This document shows, one piece after another, positions 15,960 to 20,000 of a DNA stretch of 20,000 bases; position 1 is the stretch's first letter; every line of letters begins with the position of its first letter. Below the pieces are notes generated by a model, which did no database searches, was not told the origin of the DNA, and saw nothing but the letters and a program-made list of their open reading frames with translations. The translations under genes and the position numbers were made by a program. The DNA is from an uncultured virus (IMG/VR IMGVR_UViG_3300018050_001510) (Duplodnaviria; Heunggongvirae; Uroviricota; Caudoviricetes). The DNA lies in IMG/VR virus record IMGVR_UViG_3300018050_001510; one strand, 5' to 3'.

Positions 15960-16083
15960 AAAAGCTCTCTTGAAATGCTTTGCAAAACGCTTATCAGCCC
16001 ACGTTTTTCAGTCGGGTTCTATCAGGGGGAGTGGCGCCAGACAATGTATTTATATAATATGTAACCAACAAAAAATCAAATAT

Positions 16084-16668
16084 ATGAAAAGAATGAATTG
16101 TATTATTGTAATACTCATTGGAGTATTCATTGGAATGAGTAAAAACTCAAAAGCTACTATGATAATGACCGATCCTGGTCCTACATCTCATTATAGTCAA
16201 TATTCAGATAGAGGTCTTCGAGGAAAAGTCATTAATAATGAACTATTAAAAAAAATTAAGACTGATGAACAAATTGTATTTACTGCAGGATCTGAAAAAA
16301 GAGTTAATCATGAAGGATGGACAAGATACTTGATAGTAAGCATTATGTTGATTGTATTGATTAAATTCTGGATTGCTGAAATTGCAAGAAGAAAAGCTAA
16401 TAAGATAACAAAGTATCTTGTATTACATGCTATGCATTTCAATATTGATTATCAATTAGCTAGTTTAATTTATCAAAGAAATTACTTAGATGAAACTGGA
16501 CCTAAACACTTATTCTTTTTGTTTAGCTATAAACAACTGATTTCCAAGGATGATTTAAAAAGCTATAAAAAAATACAACATGATATAAATCAGAGTAGTA
16601 TAAAAAAAAGCTTTGATAAAACAAATTGGCAAGAGATCAGAAACAGTTTGCACATTCAAGGAATTTAG
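16084..16668 (+). CDS. putative membrane protein (signal peptide plus one TM helix)
   Basis: The in-frame ATG at 16084 has an A-rich context. MKRMNCIIVILIGVFIGMSKNSKA is signal-like and YLIVSIMLIVLIKFWIAEIARRK is TM-like. The track start at 15946 lies in the repeat array. Confidence 0.65.
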   Translation: MKRMNCIIVILIGVFIGMSKNSKATMIMTDPGPTSHYSQYSDRGLRGKVINNELLKKIKTDEQIVFTAGSEKRVNHEGWTRYLIVSIMLIVLIKFWIAEIARRKANKITKYLVLHAMHFNIDYQLASLIYQRNYLDETGPKHLFFLFSYKQLISKDDLKSYKKIQHDINQSSIKKSFDKTNWQEIRNSLHIQGI

Positions 16669-16738
16669 ATCTATTAGATTTATTATGTCTGTTTACCCAA
16701 AAAGAATTAACTCAAAAACCAACCAAAACTATAAGGAA

Positions 16739-17149
16739 ATGAATACAAATTTAAAGGAACAGTTATTTGCTCGTCAAAGCGGTAATTTTATGGCTAAAAC
16801 CCTACAGCCATCAACACTTCAAGGATTGAAAGAGGTATTAGAATCACGTCCAAAGAAAGAATTAGATGAACGCACGAAAATGAAAATTCAAGTATTCAAA
16901 AACCTAGAAAAAATCATTGAAATGAAGAAAATGACAGTCAAAAGAAGTGCAGATAAAAGAAGAATTGAATCAGTTATTGTTTCTGTTGCTGGCTTTCCAG
17001 TTCCATTCAAACCGATTGTAAATTACGATGGAAAACTAGAAATGATTAGTCTTTCAGAGAATGGATTCTTTAAAGGAGTTAGATTCTGGGGCAATGAATT
17101 ATTTGGACACCATGTAAATTTTGTAACTAAAAACTTTGAAGTATGTTAA
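16739..17149 (+). CDS. hypothetical protein (136 aa)
   Basis: In-frame ATG at 16739 after an A-rich leader. It overlaps the next gene. Confidence 0.7.
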   Translation: MNTNLKEQLFARQSGNFMAKTLQPSTLQGLKEVLESRPKKELDERTKMKIQVFKNLEKIIEMKKMTVKRSADKRRIESVIVSVAGFPVPFKPIVNYDGKLEMISLSENGFFKGVRFWGNELFGHHVNFVTKNFEVC

Positions 17150-17352
17150 GTCCAGAATTAGAATTTGAACGGGTAACAAATGGATTGTTGCCCGATTTCG
17201 ACCTTCAAGAATTTAAGGATTGTGATGAAAAACTATATCAAGCGATAATTGAAACGGTTCGATTATTTGGTGAACTAAAATACCATGAAGGTATTCAGGA
17301 TGCCACCACTGCTGCTATTAATGTAATCAGAAATCACGGTTTAGATGATTAA
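17143..17352 (+). CDS. hypothetical protein
   Basis: 69 aa, overlapping both neighbours. Confidence 0.7.
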   Translation: MLSPELEFERVTNGLLPDFDLQEFKDCDEKLYQAIIETVRLFGELKYHEGIQDATTAAINVIRNHGLDD

Positions 17353-17527
17353 GCTCAAATTTGTATGGATGTTACTCACTCATATAGTAACGCCACAGGA
17401 AAAGCATGAAGGAAGGCAAATGTATAACATCTGTTTTAAGGATGGAACTACAATTGAATACGCTTACAAGGAAGAAGTTTTAGAATACATTAAAACTGGT
17501 ACTTTCGAGTACAATGAAGACTTTTAA
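17345..17527 (+). CDS. hypothetical protein
   Basis: 60 aa, overlapping the upstream gene. Confidence 0.65.
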   Translation: MIKLKFVWMLLTHIVTPQEKHEGRQMYNICFKDGTTIEYAYKEEVLEYIKTGTFEYNEDF

Positions 17528-17532
17528 ATATT

Positions 17533-17663
17533 AAACACGTTGGTTGAAGCCAACATCTAATAAAACCGAATGTGTGACCTTACGTAAATCTACCCAGAAA
17601 GCTTGAAATAGCGAACTTCGAAAGAAGGTAGTAAGGATAAAGCCGGATATCAACGTGTTTTTT
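17533..17663 (+). ncRNA. candidate structured non-coding RNA, family not recognised
   Basis: ORF-free and relatively GC-rich. Closing stem AAACACGTTGG/TCAACGTGTTT, nested CCTTA/TAAGG and CTAC/GTAG, hairpins GCT-TGAAAT-AGC and CTTC-GAAA-GAAG. Confidence 0.55.
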
Positions 17664-17731
17664 AAAATATTTACGGTATGTCAGGCTAAACTACCATCCT
17701 GTAACCAGCGTAGTTTTATCGTAAATAAATC

Positions 17732-17771
17732 AAGGATCGGGGCAACCCGGTCCTTTACTAATTAAAAACAT
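17732..17771 (+). repeat. GNRA hairpin + translation-start module (divergent copy)
   Basis: AAGGATCGGG-GCAA-CCCGGTCCTT TACTAATTAAAAACAT ATG. Confidence 0.65.
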
Positions 17772-17948
17772 ATGAATCAATTAATGAAATTTGCGCAAGA
17801 AGCAATTACAAACAATCCTGAATACAAATCAAGGATAAATGAATTATTCCAATTATGCTTAGATGAAATTGATGAAGGTGGTTCAGAAGAACATGAGATT
17901 CAATTATGCTATTCTTCAATTTATGAATTAATAAAAAAACATTCATAA
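17772..17948 (+). CDS. 58-aa acidic hypothetical protein
   Basis: Not in the track. MNQLMKFAQEAITNNPEYKSRINELFQLCLDEIDEGGSEEHEIQLCYSSIYELIKKHS, following the AATTAAAAAC module. Confidence 0.75.
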   Translation: MNQLMKFAQEAITNNPEYKSRINELFQLCLDEIDEGGSEEHEIQLCYSSIYELIKKHS

Positions 17949-18037
17949 TGAACGATTATCAACGCAGTTTATTTTGGACAAATTTCAATTGGAATTTGTA
18001 CAAAGCATATTTACGAATTAAAAACCAACAGTCATGA
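17948..18037 (+). CDS. 29-aa micro-protein
   Basis: Not in the track. MNDYQRSFIWTNFNWNLYKAYLRIKNQQS, with a TAATG overlap upstream and an ATGA overlap downstream. Confidence 0.6.
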   Translation: MNDYQRSLFWTNFNWNLYKAYLRIKNQQS

Positions 18038-18318
18038 CAACAACAAGAGATGAAATGATGGTTTTATTAAAAGAAAAATATCCAAAGATGTTTTTAAAAA
18101 CAACTGAAGAATTTAATAATGCAGAAAATGGTATTTGGACTACTTCAGAAAATGCTTCTGCAAAAGATGGATGGCCATTATTTAATTACTATGCAGAAGA
18201 CATACAAGAAAAAAGATATATAATTGGTGTTCATAAAGAAATTTATAATTTCCTTGATAAACATAAATGGTATGCAGAATGGTATGATTCAGAAACTATA
18301 ATGATATGGAAAAACTAA
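18034..18318 (+). CDS. conserved phage hypothetical protein
   Basis: 94 aa with FNYY...GVH...FL....WYAEWYD..T motif. Confidence 0.75.
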   Translation: MTTTRDEMMVLLKEKYPKMFLKTTEEFNNAENGIWTTSENASAKDGWPLFNYYAEDIQEKRYIIGVHKEIYNFLDKHKWYAEWYDSETIMIWKN

Positions 18319-18327
18319 AATAAAAAT

Positions 18328-19536
18328 ATGAATAAAGAAATAAAAAAGTTTAATGATTACCTCAGCAAAAGAATTGTTGATCTACGATCAACAACATGTG
18401 AAGTTCTTTTAATAGAAGTGCGAAATAAATTTAATGAAACATTTACTATTCAAGAATTAAAACCAAAAAAAAATAAATTTGAAAATGATTTTGATAAAAA
18501 CTTTAAAGAACTTTGTTCTTTTGGAAATAATAAAAGTTGCTTACCAGCATTAGATAATGCATTACTTACAGAAGATGGATTATTAACAGTAACAGACCTT
18601 GAAATTTATTATCAATTACAAATTAATATAAAAGATAAAAAAGCAATAATTCCAATAAGTATTTTAAAAACTGTGGGAAAGTTGGAAGCAATTCTTGATG
18701 TTGAATTTGATAATATAACTTGTAAAGGAAAACTTATTACTAATAGAAGAGAAATGATATTTACATCATGTGCAATTGATGAATTTCCTCAGTTACCTGA
18801 ATTTGTTTCCGAGAAGTGGCATTTTGCTATCATGCCAGAAGACCTTATTAATGCAAAAAAACTAATGACGTTTGCTGGAAATAATGATTTACGTCCTGTA
18901 ATGAATGGTGTTTATTTTGGTGAAAAAATTGTTTCTACAGATGCTCATAAGTTAGCTTGGTTTGAAACAAAAAGCAATATCAAAGATGAGCGTTTCATTA
19001 TTGACAGAAAACATATTCCATTTTTATGTTATGGTGATGTAAAAACATGGTATGAAAATAAGCTAAGCATAATGAATAAGCAATGCAAATCTAATTGGAT
19101 AACTATTGAAAATCCATGGAAAAAAATATTCATTAGAACTACTGAAGGTATATATCCAAATTTTGAAGCTGTTATTCCAAAGATGGAAAATTGTCCTATT
19201 ATTGTAAATATAAATAAGAACGATTTAATTCAAGGTATCAATGATGTACTTCCTTTTGCAAACAAAACAACAAACAAAATTTCATTTAAAATGAAAGATG
19301 AATTAGGTGTTGTTTCTTTACATGCTGAGGACTTAGATATTGGTAAAGAATTAAAAATATTTATTGAAACAAATAAAAAAGTTGGAGATATTGAAATTGC
19401 ATTTAATGGTAAAATGATGTTATCGATATTAAAAACTATTGATGAATCAACTATTACTTTTAGTATGAGTACTCCTAGTCGTGCTATTCGTGTAAATGAA
19501 AATGCTTTGATTATGCCATTAATGTTAGAGAATTAA
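18328..19536 (+). CDS. dnaN: DNA polymerase III beta sliding clamp-like protein
   Basis: 402 aa. LPALDNALL, TDLEI, DEFP.LP, D.RPVMNGVYF, STDAHKLA, EG.YPNFEAVIP, IAFNGK.MLSILK and LIMPL are all beta clamp hallmark motifs. Confidence 0.9.
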   Translation: MNKEIKKFNDYLSKRIVDLRSTTCEVLLIEVRNKFNETFTIQELKPKKNKFENDFDKNFKELCSFGNNKSCLPALDNALLTEDGLLTVTDLEIYYQLQINIKDKKAIIPISILKTVGKLEAILDVEFDNITCKGKLITNRREMIFTSCAIDEFPQLPEFVSEKWHFAIMPEDLINAKKLMTFAGNNDLRPVMNGVYFGEKIVSTDAHKLAWFETKSNIKDERFIIDRKHIPFLCYGDVKTWYENKLSIMNKQCKSNWITIENPWKKIFIRTTEGIYPNFEAVIPKMENCPIIVNINKNDLIQGINDVLPFANKTTNKISFKMKDELGVVSLHAEDLDIGKELKIFIETNKKVGDIEIAFNGKMMLSILKTIDESTITFSMSTPSRAIRVNENALIMPLMLEN

Positions 19537-19541
19537 TGTTT

Positions 19542-19576
19542 GGGGCTTTCGGGCCCTTTACATTTAATTTATAATT
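19542..19576 (+). repeat. hairpin + translation-start module (divergent copy)
   Basis: GGGGCT-TTCG-GGCCCT TTACATTTAATTTATAATT ATG. Confidence 0.65.
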
Positions 19577-19912
19577 ATGGAATTTAAACCAACAGATAAA
19601 TTTTTACCAATTAGCGTTTATCGTTTTCCTCTTGGTTCATGCGGAGGTATTACTGATTTACTTAAAACAATCTACATTCCTTCTCCAAAAGGAAATTATA
19701 CATTTGAAGAAGTGGAAGACCATTTAATTTTTTATGAAGAAAGACGTGGTGAAGAATACTGGGCTTTAAAGCCATACATTCAACCTAAAGGACTTATTGG
19801 ACCAATGGCCGGAGGTAACTTAGCATACAGTTCTGATTCACGTTGCAAAAGAGTTTATCATATACATGATAGATTTGAAACCGAAGAACAATATAATTCA
19901 AATTCAAATTAA
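19577..19912 (+). CDS. conserved phage hypothetical protein
   Basis: 111 aa with L.ISVYR...GGIT...GPMAGGNLAYSSDSR...IHDRFE motif. Confidence 0.8.
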   Translation: MEFKPTDKFLPISVYRFPLGSCGGITDLLKTIYIPSPKGNYTFEEVEDHLIFYEERRGEEYWALKPYIQPKGLIGPMAGGNLAYSSDSRCKRVYHIHDRFETEEQYNSNSN

Positions 19913-19913
19913 T

Positions 19914-20000
19914 ATGAGAAGTGTTCAAGAAATCCTATTTACTACAGAAGAATTACTAACAGTTAATGAAGTAGAAATTCATTACAAAAAAAAATCAAAA
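19914..20000 (+). CDS. 5' part of an ORF, possibly RadC/JAB-domain protein
   Basis: MRSVQEILFTTEELLTVNEVEIHYKKKSK, open to the window edge. V.EVEI.YK resembles the N-terminus of Bacteroidota RadC-like proteins, but only 29 codons are visible. Confidence 0.35.
   Translation, partial: MRSVQEILFTTEELLTVNEVEIHYKKKSK

Noticed and set aside
15946..16738. Track starts at 15946 and 16613 (and 14313)
   Set aside because: They fall in repeats or overlap the upstream gene. Downstream ATGs at 16084, 16739 and 14340 have better contexts.
17590..17631. Hammerhead ribozyme in the three-way junction
   Set aside because: The topology is similar, but the junction reads CCAGAAA...GAA instead of CUGANGA...GAAA, and there is no unpaired NUH cleavage site.
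17611..17646. c-di-GMP-I riboswitch (GCGAAC..GAAA..AAAGCC resemblance)
   Set aside because: Only fragmentary similarity. The tetraloop-receptor stem and the spacing do not fit.
1..20000. Stop-codon reassignment (TAG or TGA), known in some crAss-like phages
   Set aside because: Terminase, portal and MCP are full length in the standard code, and TAG (1000) and TGA (8960, 10843, 18035) serve as stops at gene junctions.

Overview
AT-rich window from a crAss-like (Crassvirales-type) phage genome, with a probable Bacteroidota host (TAnnTTTG promoter boxes, A-rich translation starts without Shine-Dalgarno). It uses the standard genetic code. Bases 1-11968 (minus strand) are the virion morphogenesis operon: small ORFs, putative small terminase, large terminase, portal, acidic scaffold-like protein, major capsid protein, a conserved hypothetical, ring/adaptor proteins, an auxiliary capsid-like protein and an IHF-like protein. 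Bases 12.0-13.7 kb are a strand-switch zone with divergent promoters, a structured leader, an almost G-free stretch and a ~580 nt non-coding region with repeats and palindromes (candidate genome end or origin). Bases 13.7-20 kb (plus strand) are an early/accessory region of short genes. Most are preceded by one conserved hairpin plus translation-start module (AGGGCTTTANNGYCCTTTG...AAACTAAA..ATG). This region also holds a 13-bp iteron-like array, candidate structured RNAs at 17.53-17.76 kb, a putative SSB and a phage-encoded beta clamp. Protein family calls come from motif recognition and synteny, not from database searches.
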